64,000 bases of DNA from assembly GCA_047456305.1 (NCBI GenBank), contig CP179888.1:317307-381306 (forward strand), read 5' to 3'. The stretch's first letter is position 1, and each line of letters begins with the position of its first letter. A program made the position numbers and the translations under genes. Under the pieces are notes generated by a model that saw only the letters and a program-made list of their open reading frames with translations, did no database searches and was not told the DNA's origin. This DNA is from Candidatus Nealsonbacteria bacterium. GTDB taxonomy: Bacteria; Patescibacteriota; Minisyncoccia; Minisyncoccales; CAZKCU01. Shown here one piece after another: positions 53,201 to 62,362 of the stretch.

Positions 53201-54514
53201 ATGACTAAAAAGGTTTGGTTAATTTCAGTTAATATGGGTTATGGGCACCAGAGGACGGCTTATCCTCTTAAAAATTTGGCTTATGAGGAGAAAATTATTA
53301 ATGCTAATGACTATCAGAGAATTCCCAAAAAAGACAGGGTAATTTGGGAAACTACCAGAAAATTTTATGAATTTATCTCTAATTTTAAAAGAACTCCCCT
53401 CCTTGGAAATCTGGTTTTTGCTATTTTCGATACTTTTCAAAAAATTTTAAGTTTCTATCCAAAAAGAGACTTATCAAAACCTAATTTTCAGTTAAAACAA
53501 AACTATTCTTTAATAAAAAAAGGATGGGGAAGGGATTTTGTTGAGAAATTAAAAATTAAAAATAAAAAATTAAAAAGGAATTTACCCCTCATTTCTACTT
53601 TTTTTACTCCAGCTTTTATGGCCGAATTTTTTAATTATCCAGACGAGATTTTTTGCGTTGTCTGTGATGCTGATATTTCCCGGAGCTGGGTCCCTTTAAG
53701 ACCAAAGAAAAGCAAGATTAAATATTTTGCTCCGACTGAAAGAGTAGTTGAAAGATTAAAACTCTATGGTGTAAAAAAAGAGAATATTTTTTTGACAGGA
53801 TATCCCTTACCCCTGGAAAATATTGGGGGAGAAAATACGGAAATTTTAAAAGAGGATTTGAGAAATCGGCTTTTAAATTTAGATCCTCAGAGAAAATATT
53901 TTAAAAAGTATCAGGTCTTAATTGAAGAAAATTTGAGAAAACTACCCGAAAAATCTGACCATCCCTTAACATTAATGTTTTCTGTTGGTGGAGCCGGTGT
54001 TCAAAAAGAAATCGGAATTAAAATTGTGAATGGTTTAGCTAAAAAAATCGAAGATGACGAATTGAAAATAATTTTAACAGCTGGTATTAGAGAAAAAGTT
54101 AAAGAATATTTTAAAAAGAGTATTGAAAAATTAGGCTTAGAAGGTTATTTAGGACAAAACATTGAGATAATCTTTGAAAGAGATATTGAAAGCTATTTTC
54201 AAAAATTTAATCTGGCCTTAAGAAAAACTGATATTTTATGGACAAAACCATCGGAACTCTCTTTTTACTCTGCTTTAGGTCTACCTATCATTATTGCACC
54301 GCCCGTTGGCTCGCAAGAGGAATTTAATATGAGGTGGCTTTTAAAATCCGGTTTTGGAATCTTACAAGAAAATCCAAATTATATAAGAGAATGGCTTTTT
54401 GATTGGCTGGAAAAAGGCTATTTGGCCGAAGCCGCCATGCAAGGATTTATCGAAGGCGAAAAATTAGCAACTTTTAATATAAAAAATATAATTAAAAAAT
54501 GTCCTGGATTTTAA
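53201..54514 (+). CDS. GT28/MGDG-synthase-like glycosyltransferase
   Basis: N-terminal GYGHQR; C-terminal TKPSELSFYSALGLPIII..GSQEEFN resembles the YpfP/MurG-type donor-binding motif. Confidence 0.5.
   Translation: MTKKVWLISVNMGYGHQRTAYPLKNLAYEEKIINANDYQRIPKKDRVIWETTRKFYEFISNFKRTPLLGNLVFAIFDTFQKILSFYPKRDLSKPNFQLKQNYSLIKKGWGRDFVEKLKIKNKKLKRNLPLISTFFTPAFMAEFFNYPDEIFCVVCDADISRSWVPLRPKKSKIKYFAPTERVVERLKLYGVKKENIFLTGYPLPLENIGGENTEILKEDLRNRLLNLDPQRKYFKKYQVLIEENLRKLPEKSDHPLTLMFSVGGAGVQKEIGIKIVNGLAKKIEDDELKIILTAGIREKVKEYFKKSIEKLGLEGYLGQNIEIIFERDIESYFQKFNLALRKTDILWTKPSELSFYSALGLPIIIAPPVGSQEEFNMRWLLKSGFGILQENPNYIREWLFDWLEKGYLAEAAMQGFIEGEKLATFNIKNIIKKCPGF
53544..53578. repeat. A-rich 7-nt periodic array H13 inside the glycosyltransferase gene
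   Basis: AGAAATT AAAAATT AAAAATA AAAAATT AAAAAGG; low complexity, so weaker than the other arrays. Confidence 0.45.
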
Positions 54515-55407
54515 TTGCAATTTCAGCTTATTTCATTTTGGCAATTGTTTTTTTGGTGGACAAATATCTTTTGGTTGGCCCTATTCCTAACCCTAAAGTT
54601 TATACTTTTTATATAGGTACTCTGGGAATTTTTGTTCTAATTTTAGTTCCTTTTGTCGGTTTTTATATTCCGGAGCTTCCCCAAATTATTTTAAGCCTTT
54701 CGGCTGGAGCTATTTTTATCTATGGCCTTTTTTGGTTTTATAAAGCCTTGCGAGATTTTGAGGCTTCTCGAGTGGTGCCGGCAATTGGCGGAATTTTACC
54801 TCTCTTTACTTTGGGATTAGTTTATATTTTCTCAGCCGGAAAAGAAACTCTTGGCTATTTTGAATTTTTTGCTTTTATTTTACTTATTCTGGGAAGTATT
54901 TTAATTACCTATGAAAGAAGCAAAAAAATTTCTTTTCAAAGCCTCCGAATTTCTGCTATTGCTGCTTTTTTTCTGGCTCTATCTTTTGTTTTAACCAAAT
55001 ACGTTTATTTAGCCCAGCCATTTTGGTCAGGTTTTATTTGGATAAGAATTGGCGGATTCCTGATGGCCATTTTTTCCTTTCTTTTATTCAAAGAAATTAG
55101 GGAAGAAATTTTCAAGAAAAAAGTTAGTTTTAAAAAGAGAACCATTGGAATTTTCCTTTCAAACCAAGCTATGGGAGCTGGAGCCGGTATCTTGCAAAAC
55201 TGGGCAATCTTTTTAGCCCCCTTGGTTTATGTGGCAATAATTAATGCTCTTCAAGGAATACAATACGCTTTTTTACTGGTTTTTATCATTTTCCTTTCTT
55301 TAAAATTCCCTAAAATCTTAAAAGAGGAAATTTCAAGAAAACTCCTTCTCCAAAAAATTATCGCAATTTTACTAATTGGAGGGGGGTTGGTATTATTAAC
55401 AATATGA
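54499..55407 (+). CDS. polytopic membrane protein, DMT/EamA-like
   Basis: 302 aa, about 10 TM segments arranged as two similar halves. Confidence 0.4.
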   Translation: MSWILIAISAYFILAIVFLVDKYLLVGPIPNPKVYTFYIGTLGIFVLILVPFVGFYIPELPQIILSLSAGAIFIYGLFWFYKALRDFEASRVVPAIGGILPLFTLGLVYIFSAGKETLGYFEFFAFILLILGSILITYERSKKISFQSLRISAIAAFFLALSFVLTKYVYLAQPFWSGFIWIRIGGFLMAIFSFLLFKEIREEIFKKKVSFKKRTIGIFLSNQAMGAGAGILQNWAIFLAPLVYVAIINALQGIQYAFLLVFIIFLSLKFPKILKEEISRKLLLQKIIAILLIGGGLVLLTI

Positions 55408-56399
55408 TTAAAAAGATTATGTTTTATATTATATTTTTTATTTTAATCACTATTTTTATTCTTTTTCTTTTCTTTTTTGTAGGTTCGTCGCCCGAGGCAG
55501 AAGAAATTATTTGGGGAGTCGATTTTTCCCAAAAACATGCCGAAAATTTAGGACTTGACTGGAAAGAAACTTATTCCTCTTTGCTTGATGATTTAGGGGT
55601 AAAAAACTTGAAAATAGCTGTTCCTTGGGATATATTTGAACCAGAACCAAAAAAATATAATTTTGAGTCTTTGGATTGGCAAATCAAAAAAGCTGAAGAA
55701 AAAGGGGCAAGTCTCCTTTTAGTAATTGGGATGAAAACCCCCCGTTGGCCAGAGTGTCACGTTCCGGAATGGGCGAAAAATTTGGAAAAATCTCAACAGC
55801 AGGAAAGAATTTTAGAGATGCTTGAAGAAATCGTTTTAAGATATAAAGATTTAGCGGCAATAAAATATTGGCAAGTTGAAAATGAGCCTCTTCTTGCTTT
55901 TGGAGATTGTCCCTGGAGAGATAGAGAATTTTTAGAAAAGGAAGTAAATTTAGTAAAAACATTAGATAACCAAAAAAGACCAGTTATTGTTTCTGCTCCG
56001 GGAGAGCTGTCTTTTTGGATCAGGACAGCTAAAATAGGGGATATAGTAGGAACTACTCTCTATAAAAAAGTCTGGTTTCGGCAAGGAGGTTTTTATCTTA
56101 CCTATCCTCTTCCTTCAGTTTTCTATTGGAGAAAAAGCCAAATTATAAAAAAACTATTTAATAAAGAAGTGATTTGCATTGAACTTCAGGCTGAACCTTG
56201 GGGACCAAACCTGCTTTATGATTCACCGATTGAAGAGCAGAAAAAGACAATGGATTTAGAACAATTTAAAAAAAATGTCGAATGGGCTAAAAGAACCGGA
56301 CTAAAAGAATTCTATCTATGGGGAGCTGAATGGTGGTATTGGCTAAAGGTAAAACAAAATGACTCCCGAATTTGGGAAGAAGCAAGAAAATTATTTTAA
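55404..56399 (+). CDS. membrane-anchored clan GH-A glycoside hydrolase-like protein
   Basis: N-terminal TM helix; WQVENEP acid/base motif typical of TIM-barrel GH-A families. Confidence 0.5.
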   Translation: MIKKIMFYIIFFILITIFILFLFFFVGSSPEAEEIIWGVDFSQKHAENLGLDWKETYSSLLDDLGVKNLKIAVPWDIFEPEPKKYNFESLDWQIKKAEEKGASLLLVIGMKTPRWPECHVPEWAKNLEKSQQQERILEMLEEIVLRYKDLAAIKYWQVENEPLLAFGDCPWRDREFLEKEVNLVKTLDNQKRPVIVSAPGELSFWIRTAKIGDIVGTTLYKKVWFRQGGFYLTYPLPSVFYWRKSQIIKKLFNKEVICIELQAEPWGPNLLYDSPIEEQKKTMDLEQFKKNVEWAKRTGLKEFYLWGAEWWYWLKVKQNDSRIWEEARKLF

Positions 56400-57134
56400 A
56401 TGAATTTAAGCATCATTATTCCAACCTTAAACGAAGAAGATTATTTACCTTTATTATTGGAATCAATTAAGAAGCAAAATTTTAACGGAGATTATGAAAT
56501 AATTGTAGCTGATGCCAACTCAAAAGATAGAACAATAGAAATTGCCAAAAAATACGGCTGTAAAATAACAAAAGGTGGACTTCCAGCTAAAGGAAAAAAT
56601 GAAGGAGCAAAAATAGCTAAAGGTGATTTACTTTTATTCTTAGATGCTGATACAATTTCTCTGCCGCCTAAATTCTTAGATACGATTTTAGAGAAATTTA
56701 GAGCAAGAGATTTAGGTATAGTTTCTTTTTCACTTTCCCCCAAGGAAAATAAATTTGATAAATTTGCTTATGGTCTTTATAATTTTTGGGCAAGATTTAC
56801 CCAGGGTTTTTTGCCCCATGCTGCTCAAGCTATTTTGATTAAAAAAAAGGTTCATCAAGTTGTAGGAGGATTTGATGAAGAAATAAAAATTGCCGAGGAT
56901 CATTTTTATGCCAGGAAAGCTGCAAAATTTGCTAAATTTCGCTTTATTAATCTTCCAGTTTTAATTTCTTCTCGGAGATTTGAGAGAGACGGAAGATTCA
57001 AAACTTATCTGAAATATCTTTTAGTCGGGCTTCATTTGTTTTTTTTGGGACCAATTAAATCAGATATTTTTAGATATAGGTTCGGGTACCATTCAAAAAA
57101 TCAAAAACCGAGCTTCCGAAGGAAGCGAAGGTGA
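56400..57134 (+). CDS. family 2 glycosyltransferase
   Basis: LSIIIPTLNEE, DADT (DxD) and EDH motifs. Confidence 0.75.
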   Translation: MNLSIIIPTLNEEDYLPLLLESIKKQNFNGDYEIIVADANSKDRTIEIAKKYGCKITKGGLPAKGKNEGAKIAKGDLLLFLDADTISLPPKFLDTILEKFRARDLGIVSFSLSPKENKFDKFAYGLYNFWARFTQGFLPHAAQAILIKKKVHQVVGGFDEEIKIAEDHFYARKAAKFAKFRFINLPVLISSRRFERDGRFKTYLKYLLVGLHLFFLGPIKSDIFRYRFGYHSKNQKPSFRRKRR

Positions 57135-57159
57135 AGAAGAGAACAAAGTTCTCTTCGAC
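57107..57159 (-). repeat. Family A repeat, copy A9 (reverse)
   Basis: ACCGAGC-TTCC GAA GGAA-GCGAAGGTGAA-GAAGAGAAC AAA GTTCTCTTC-GAC; encodes the tail PSFRRKRR and the stop of the GT2 gene; 24 nt before the htrA ATG. Confidence 0.8.
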
Positions 57160-57182
57160 TGTCTAAAATAATTTATATATCA

Positions 57183-58523
57183 ATGCAAAAATTACCAAAA
57201 CCTAAGATGCTAAAAGTTCTCTCTAATTTAAAAGTTTATGGGCAGAGAAAAATTTCCTGGCCAAAATTCCTGAAAAACCGAATTTTCTGGATTATAATTT
57301 TAACTATTTTTTTCTCCTCTTCTTTTGGATTCTTAGCTGGTAGTCTTTCTAGCAGTTATTTTTATTCTGAAATAAGAGATTATCTTAAAAAACTAAAAAT
57401 TGAGTTTCCCCAACTTGGATTACCAGAGGTTGAAAAGCAAAATAATTCTGGTCAGGAATTAATTGGAGAATATTTACCGCAAACCTCTCAAGAGGAGGCC
57501 GTAATTTCAGTGGTTAATGAAGTTTCTCCGTCCGTAGTCTCAATCATTATTAGTAAAGATCTTCCCGTAATTGAAGAATACTTTGAAGAGTTTTTTGGGC
57601 CAGGCCCTTTTGAATTTAAAATTCCTCAATATCGCCAAAAAGGAGTTGAAAAAAGAGAGATTGGAGGAGGGACTGGCTTTATTATTTCTTCTGAGGGAAT
57701 GATTTTGACCAATCGCCATCTTGTTTTAGATAAAGAAGCTGATTATACCGTCTTAACTAATGATGGCAGAAAATTTCCAGCTAAAGTTTTGGCAAGGGAC
57801 CCGGTTCAGGATTTGGCGATAATTAAAATTGAAAAAACTGACGAGTCCTTTAAAGTAGTAAAACTCGGTGATTCTTCAAAATTGCAAATTGGCCAGACAG
57901 TTATTACCATTGGTAATGCCTTGGGAGAGTTTCGAAATACTGTTTCAGTAGGAGTAATTTCCGGGCTTGGCCGGACAGTCACAGCTGTAGGCGGCGGAAT
58001 AGTGGAGACAATCGAAGATGTTATTCAGACTGATGCCGCAATTAACAAAGGAAATTCCGGGGGACCCCTTTTAAATTTAAGAGGGGAGATAATTGGAATT
58101 AATACAGCTATGGCTTTAGAGGCTGAAAATATTGGTTTTGCTATTCCAATTAATAAAGCCAAAAGGGCAATTGAGCAGGTCAAGGCTTTTGGGAAAATTG
58201 TCTATCCATTTTTAGGAATCAGATATGTTTTAATTACTGAGAAAATTCAGCTTGAAAATAATTTACCAGTAAATTATGGAGCCTGGATTATTCGAGGCGA
58301 TAGACCTGATGAGCCAGCAATTTATTCAGGGTCAGCGGCTGAAAAAGCTGGATTAAAAGAAAATGATATTTTGCTTGAATTTAATGGCGAAAAAATAACT
58401 CCCGAGAATTCTTTGGCAAAAATCATAATGCTTTATAATCCAGGCAATATCGTTACTTTGAAGATTTTAAGAGCCAATAAGGAAAAAACTATTGAGGTAA
58501 CTCTTGGTGAGAGAAGTGATTGA
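57183..58523 (+). CDS. htrA: HtrA/DegP family serine protease with PDZ domain
   Basis: TNRHLV, DLAIIKI, GNSGGPL catalytic triad context; C-terminal PDZ. Confidence 0.9.
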   Translation: MQKLPKPKMLKVLSNLKVYGQRKISWPKFLKNRIFWIIILTIFFSSSFGFLAGSLSSSYFYSEIRDYLKKLKIEFPQLGLPEVEKQNNSGQELIGEYLPQTSQEEAVISVVNEVSPSVVSIIISKDLPVIEEYFEEFFGPGPFEFKIPQYRQKGVEKREIGGGTGFIISSEGMILTNRHLVLDKEADYTVLTNDGRKFPAKVLARDPVQDLAIIKIEKTDESFKVVKLGDSSKLQIGQTVITIGNALGEFRNTVSVGVISGLGRTVTAVGGGIVETIEDVIQTDAAINKGNSGGPLLNLRGEIIGINTAMALEAENIGFAIPINKAKRAIEQVKAFGKIVYPFLGIRYVLITEKIQLENNLPVNYGAWIIRGDRPDEPAIYSGSAAEKAGLKENDILLEFNGEKITPENSLAKIIMLYNPGNIVTLKILRANKEKTIEVTLGERSD

Positions 58524-58555
58524 CTTTTTCACTTTTCTTGATAAAATAAATAGGT

Positions 58556-61252
58556 ATGAACGGTATTAACTTTACTCACAAAGCCCAAGAAACTATACTT
58601 TCTTCTCAAAATATTGCCCAGGAAAAAGGTCAGCAGCAGATAGATGCCTTACATCTTTTATATGCCTTGCTTTCCCAGGAAGGAAGTGTGGTTTTAAATT
58701 TGCTTCAGAGATTAGGGGTTGATATTGAGGGGTTAAAAAGAAAAACAAAATCAGCCTTGGATAAAATTTCGGTAGTTGTTACCCCCAAAACCTTTGGACA
58801 ATTTTATTTAACTCAGGATATGGCTAAAGTCCTTGACCGAGCCAGACAAGAATCAATGAAAATGGGCGATGAATTTATTTCAGTTGAGCATCTATTTTTA
58901 GCCTTACTTATTACCGAGACAAAAGCCAAAGAGATTTTGCAAAAAGCCAGCTTTTTGCAGTCAGGGGGAGCTGCAACCTTAGAGCTTGGTAAATTAGATT
59001 ATGAAACTGTTTTGAAAATTTTAGCTGAGATTCGAGGGGGTCAAAGAATTACTGACCCTGAGCCGGAATCAAAATATCAGGTTGTTGAAAAATATGCCCG
59101 AGATTTAACTTCCCTTGCCCGTCAGGGGAAACTTGACCCGGTGATTGGTAGGGCCACAGAAATTCGTAGACTTATGCAGGTTCTTTCCCGGAGAACAAAA
59201 AATAATCCAGTTTTGATTGGAGAAGCCGGAGTTGGGAAAACAGCTATTGTTGAAGGACTGGCTCAGGGAATTGTCAAAGGGGATGTCCCGGAAAGCATCA
59301 AGGAAAAAGAGATTATTGCTCTGGATTTAGGGGCAATAGTAGCTGGAACAAAATATCGTGGAGAATTTGAGAATAGAGTAAAAGCTCTACTTAGAGAAAT
59401 CAATCGGGCCTCGGGTAGATATATTTTATTTATTGATGAACTTCATACATTAGTAGGGGCTGGGGCGGCTGAAGGAGCAATTGACGCCTCAAATCTTTTA
59501 AAACCAGCTCTATCCCGAGGCGAACTAAGAGCTATTGGAGCTACTACCTTGAAAGAATATCAAAAATATATTGAAAGAGATCCAGCCTTAGAAAGAAGGT
59601 TTCAGCCAATTTATGTTACTGAACCTTCAATTGAGGATACAATTTTGATTTTAAGAGGAATTAAAGAAAAATATGAATTACATCACGGAGTAAAGATAAC
59701 AGATTCAGCCTTGGAGGACTGCGCCCAATTAGCTGCCAGATATATTACTGACAGATTTCTGCCAGATAAAGCCGTAGATTTAATGGATGAGGCAATGAGC
59801 TCTTTAAGGTTAGAAATTGAGTCAGAGCCAGCTGAATTAGATAATTTAAAGAAGGAAATTCAAAAATTGGAAATTGAAAGGGAAGCAATAAAAAATGAGA
59901 AAGAAACTCGAAGAAAAAAGGTGATTCCTCGCCAGTTAGCCGATTTAAAAGAAAAGGCAAAAGAAATTGAGGCAAAGTGGAAATCAGAGAGAGAAACCAT
60001 TACCAAAATTAAAAATCTGAAAAAAGAGATAGAAGAGGCTCGCTTCGAGCTTGAAAGAGAACAGGCAGCAACTAATCTTCAAAAAATGGCTGAAATAAAA
60101 TATGGGAAAATCCCAGATTTAATAAAAGAGTTGAAGGCAGCTGAAAGAAAATTAGCTCGTCTTCAAAAAAATCGGCCACTTTTGAAAGAAGAGGTATCAA
60201 AAGAGAATGTTGCTCAGGCTGTTTCTCGCTGGACAGGAATACCAGTAACTAGACTTTTGGAAGCAGAAGCCAAAAAACTGGAAAGGATGGAAAAAATTAT
60301 TTCTCGGCGGGTGGTTGGTCAAAAAGAGGCAATTGTGGCAATTTCTAATGCTATTCGGCGCTCCCGAGCGGGAATTTCTGAGGAAAAGCGACCTTTAGGT
60401 TCATTTATGTTTTTGGGACCAACCGGAGTAGGGAAGACCGAGACCGCCCGGGCTTTGGCTGAATTCTTATTTAATGATGAAAATGCCCTAGTCAGATTGG
60501 ATATGTCAGAATATATGGAGAAACACACTGTTTCAAGAATGATAGGTTCTCCTCCCGGCTATGTTGGGTATGAGGAAGGAGGCCAGCTGACTGAAAAAAT
60601 TCGAAGAAGGCCTTATAGCGTAATTTTGCTTGATGAAATTGAAAAAGCTCATCCTGAAGTTTTCAATATTTTACTTCAGATTTTTGAAGATGGGAGATTG
60701 ACCGATGCCAAAGGCAGGGTGGCTTCCTTTAAAAATGCAATTTTAATTATGACCTCAAATGTCGGTTCAGAATATATTGCCAAGATGGGAACTCTGGGAT
60801 TTTTGGGGAAAAAAGAGGATTCCTCCCAAAAAGAATCCCTGAAAGAAAAAATCCAGGAGGCTCTAAAAGAAAATTTTCGGCCGGAATTTTTAAATAGAAT
60901 TGATGAGATTATTATTTTTAACTATCTTGGAAAACCGGAAATTAAAAAAATTGTTGAACTTGAACTTTCAAAGGTTGAGGAACGTCTGAAAAATAAAAAA
61001 CTTGAAATTAAGATTACAGATTCTGCCAAAGAACTTTTAGCAGAGAAAGGTTTTGACCAAAGTTTGGGAGCAAGGCCTTTAAAAAGAGTAATCCAGAGAT
61101 TAATTCTCGACCCTTTATCCTTAAAAATAGTTTCTGGCCAAGTCAAAGAAGGAGAAAGAGTGGTGATTGATATTGAGGAGGATAAAATTAAATTTCTGAC
61201 TCCAAAAGACTTAATTAAAACTAAATCCCAAAGAGAAAAAATTACTGTCTAA
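58556..61252 (+). CDS. clpB: ATP-dependent chaperone ClpB
   Basis: 898 aa; Clp N-domain, two AAA+ modules ([16 protein letters not shown]), long coiled-coil M-domain. Confidence 0.95.
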   Translation: MNGINFTHKAQETILSSQNIAQEKGQQQIDALHLLYALLSQEGSVVLNLLQRLGVDIEGLKRKTKSALDKISVVVTPKTFGQFYLTQDMAKVLDRARQESMKMGDEFISVEHLFLALLITETKAKEILQKASFLQSGGAATLELGKLDYETVLKILAEIRGGQRITDPEPESKYQVVEKYARDLTSLARQGKLDPVIGRATEIRRLMQVLSRRTKNNPVLIGEAGVGKTAIVEGLAQGIVKGDVPESIKEKEIIALDLGAIVAGTKYRGEFENRVKALLREINRASGRYILFIDELHTLVGAGAAEGAIDASNLLKPALSRGELRAIGATTLKEYQKYIERDPALERRFQPIYVTEPSIEDTILILRGIKEKYELHHGVKITDSALEDCAQLAARYITDRFLPDKAVDLMDEAMSSLRLEIESEPAELDNLKKEIQKLEIEREAIKNEKETRRKKVIPRQLADLKEKAKEIEAKWKSERETITKIKNLKKEIEEARFELEREQAATNLQKMAEIKYGKIPDLIKELKAAERKLARLQKNRPLLKEEVSKENVAQAVSRWTGIPVTRLLEAEAKKLERMEKIISRRVVGQKEAIVAISNAIRRSRAGISEEKRPLGSFMFLGPTGVGKTETARALAEFLFNDENALVRLDMSEYMEKHTVSRMIGSPPGYVGYEEGGQLTEKIRRRPYSVILLDEIEKAHPEVFNILLQIFEDGRLTDAKGRVASFKNAILIMTSNVGSEYIAKMGTLGFLGKKEDSSQKESLKEKIQEALKENFRPEFLNRIDEIIIFNYLGKPEIKKIVELELSKVEERLKNKKLEIKITDSAKELLAEKGFDQSLGARPLKRVIQRLILDPLSLKIVSGQVKEGERVVIDIEEDKIKFLTPKDLIKTKSQREKITV

Positions 61253-61260
61253 GATTTGAA

Positions 61261-61980
61261 ATGTTTAAAAATATTTTTAAAATTATTACCATCTTTATTA
61301 TTGGAATGGTCGGGGGGATTTTCGCCGATCAAATTTTCTGGCCTTATTTCGTGGAAAGGCCTCTTTTTTATCAATACCGGCTTGAGCAGGCCCCAATTTA
61401 TGTTACCGAAAGAAAAGAAATTATAGTTGAAGAAAATGTTGCTCTAAGAAACGCTATTGAAAAAGTAGAGAAGGCGGTGGTCGGAGTAAAGACAAAAACA
61501 AAAACAGGGAAAATTTTGGAAGGTTCAGGGTTAATTGTTTCTTCAGATGGTCTGGTAGTGACCCTGGCTAATTTAGTTCCTTCAGGTTCCGATATCACTT
61601 TTTTTTGGGAGGGGAAAACGCTCTCATTTCAAATTTTGAAGAGAGATTTGAAAGAAAATTTAGCTTTGATAAAAATCGAGGAAACTAATTTGCCTACTAC
61701 TGGATTTGTTGATTTAGAAAGAATAAAGTTAGGGGAGAGAGTTTTTCTAATGGGTGTAATTTTTGAAAAAGGAAAAGTTCCTAAAAAAGAAGTAAATGAG
61801 GGAATTGTCAAAACTTTTGATGAAAATTCTATTCAAACCAACATCTTTGAAAAAAGTACTTTTTCGGGAAGCCCCTTATTTAATATCGAAGGCAATGCCT
61901 TGGGGTTAAATATAGTTGATAAAGAAGGAAAAGTCACAGCCATTCCCATTTCTAAAATCAAAGACTTCATCGGATTCTAA
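61261..61980 (+). CDS. membrane-anchored trypsin-like (S1C-like) protease without PDZ domain
   Basis: N-terminal TM helix; GSGLIVSSDGLVVT, NLALIKIE, degenerate Ser box FSGSPLF. Confidence 0.5.
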   Translation: MFKNIFKIITIFIIGMVGGIFADQIFWPYFVERPLFYQYRLEQAPIYVTERKEIIVEENVALRNAIEKVEKAVVGVKTKTKTGKILEGSGLIVSSDGLVVTLANLVPSGSDITFFWEGKTLSFQILKRDLKENLALIKIEETNLPTTGFVDLERIKLGERVFLMGVIFEKGKVPKKEVNEGIVKTFDENSIQTNIFEKSTFSGSPLFNIEGNALGLNIVDKEGKVTAIPISKIKDFIGF

Positions 61981-62014
61981 TCTCAAACACTTTAATATAA
62001 CAAACTTCTAATGT

Positions 62015-62051
62015 AAAAAAGGTCGAGAACTCTAAACTCGACCTTTTTTTT
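62015..62051. terminator. bidirectional intrinsic terminator
   Basis: AAAAAAGGTCGAG AACTCTAAA CTCGACCTTTTTTTT between convergent genes. Confidence 0.65.
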
Positions 62052-62059
62052 AGATAATT

Positions 62060-62362
62060 TTAGACAATGGAGGCACTAAATCCCTGGTATGAACCTGGAA
62101 CGCCTTCAAGGGCCTTATGCGCCATTTCATTTCCGATCCTAAACTTTATCTCATAATTGTCTATCCTATCTCTTATTTTTTCGCTTTTGCCTTTCTTTAA
62201 AAAGAGCTTGTTTATTGCTTTGATATCCTTTCTCCAGCTCTTCACCTGCCTTCTTTTAAGGATAATTTCCTCTCCTTTATGTAAACTCTCTTTTTCAATA
62301 TATAAGAACAGATTTTCAATTCTTAAGAGCGGGTCATTAACTTCTAAGGCATATTTTTCCAT
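62060..62362 (-). CDS. hypothetical protein (100 aa)
   Basis: ORF preceded by a strong SD (AAGGAAGGAGGAAG); no motif recognised. Confidence 0.35.
   Translation of the reverse strand: MEKYALEVNDPLLRIENLFLYIEKESLHKGEEIILKRRQVKSWRKDIKAINKLFLKKGKSEKIRDRIDNYEIKFRIGNEMAHKALEGVPGSYQGFSASIV

Noticed and set aside
6204-53578. Whether the heptamer arrays or the hairpin repeats could be CRISPR arrays.
   Set aside because: The units are 7 nt, directly abutting with no spacers, and lie inside conserved ORFs. Families A, B and D are dispersed single copies. No cas genes are present in the window.
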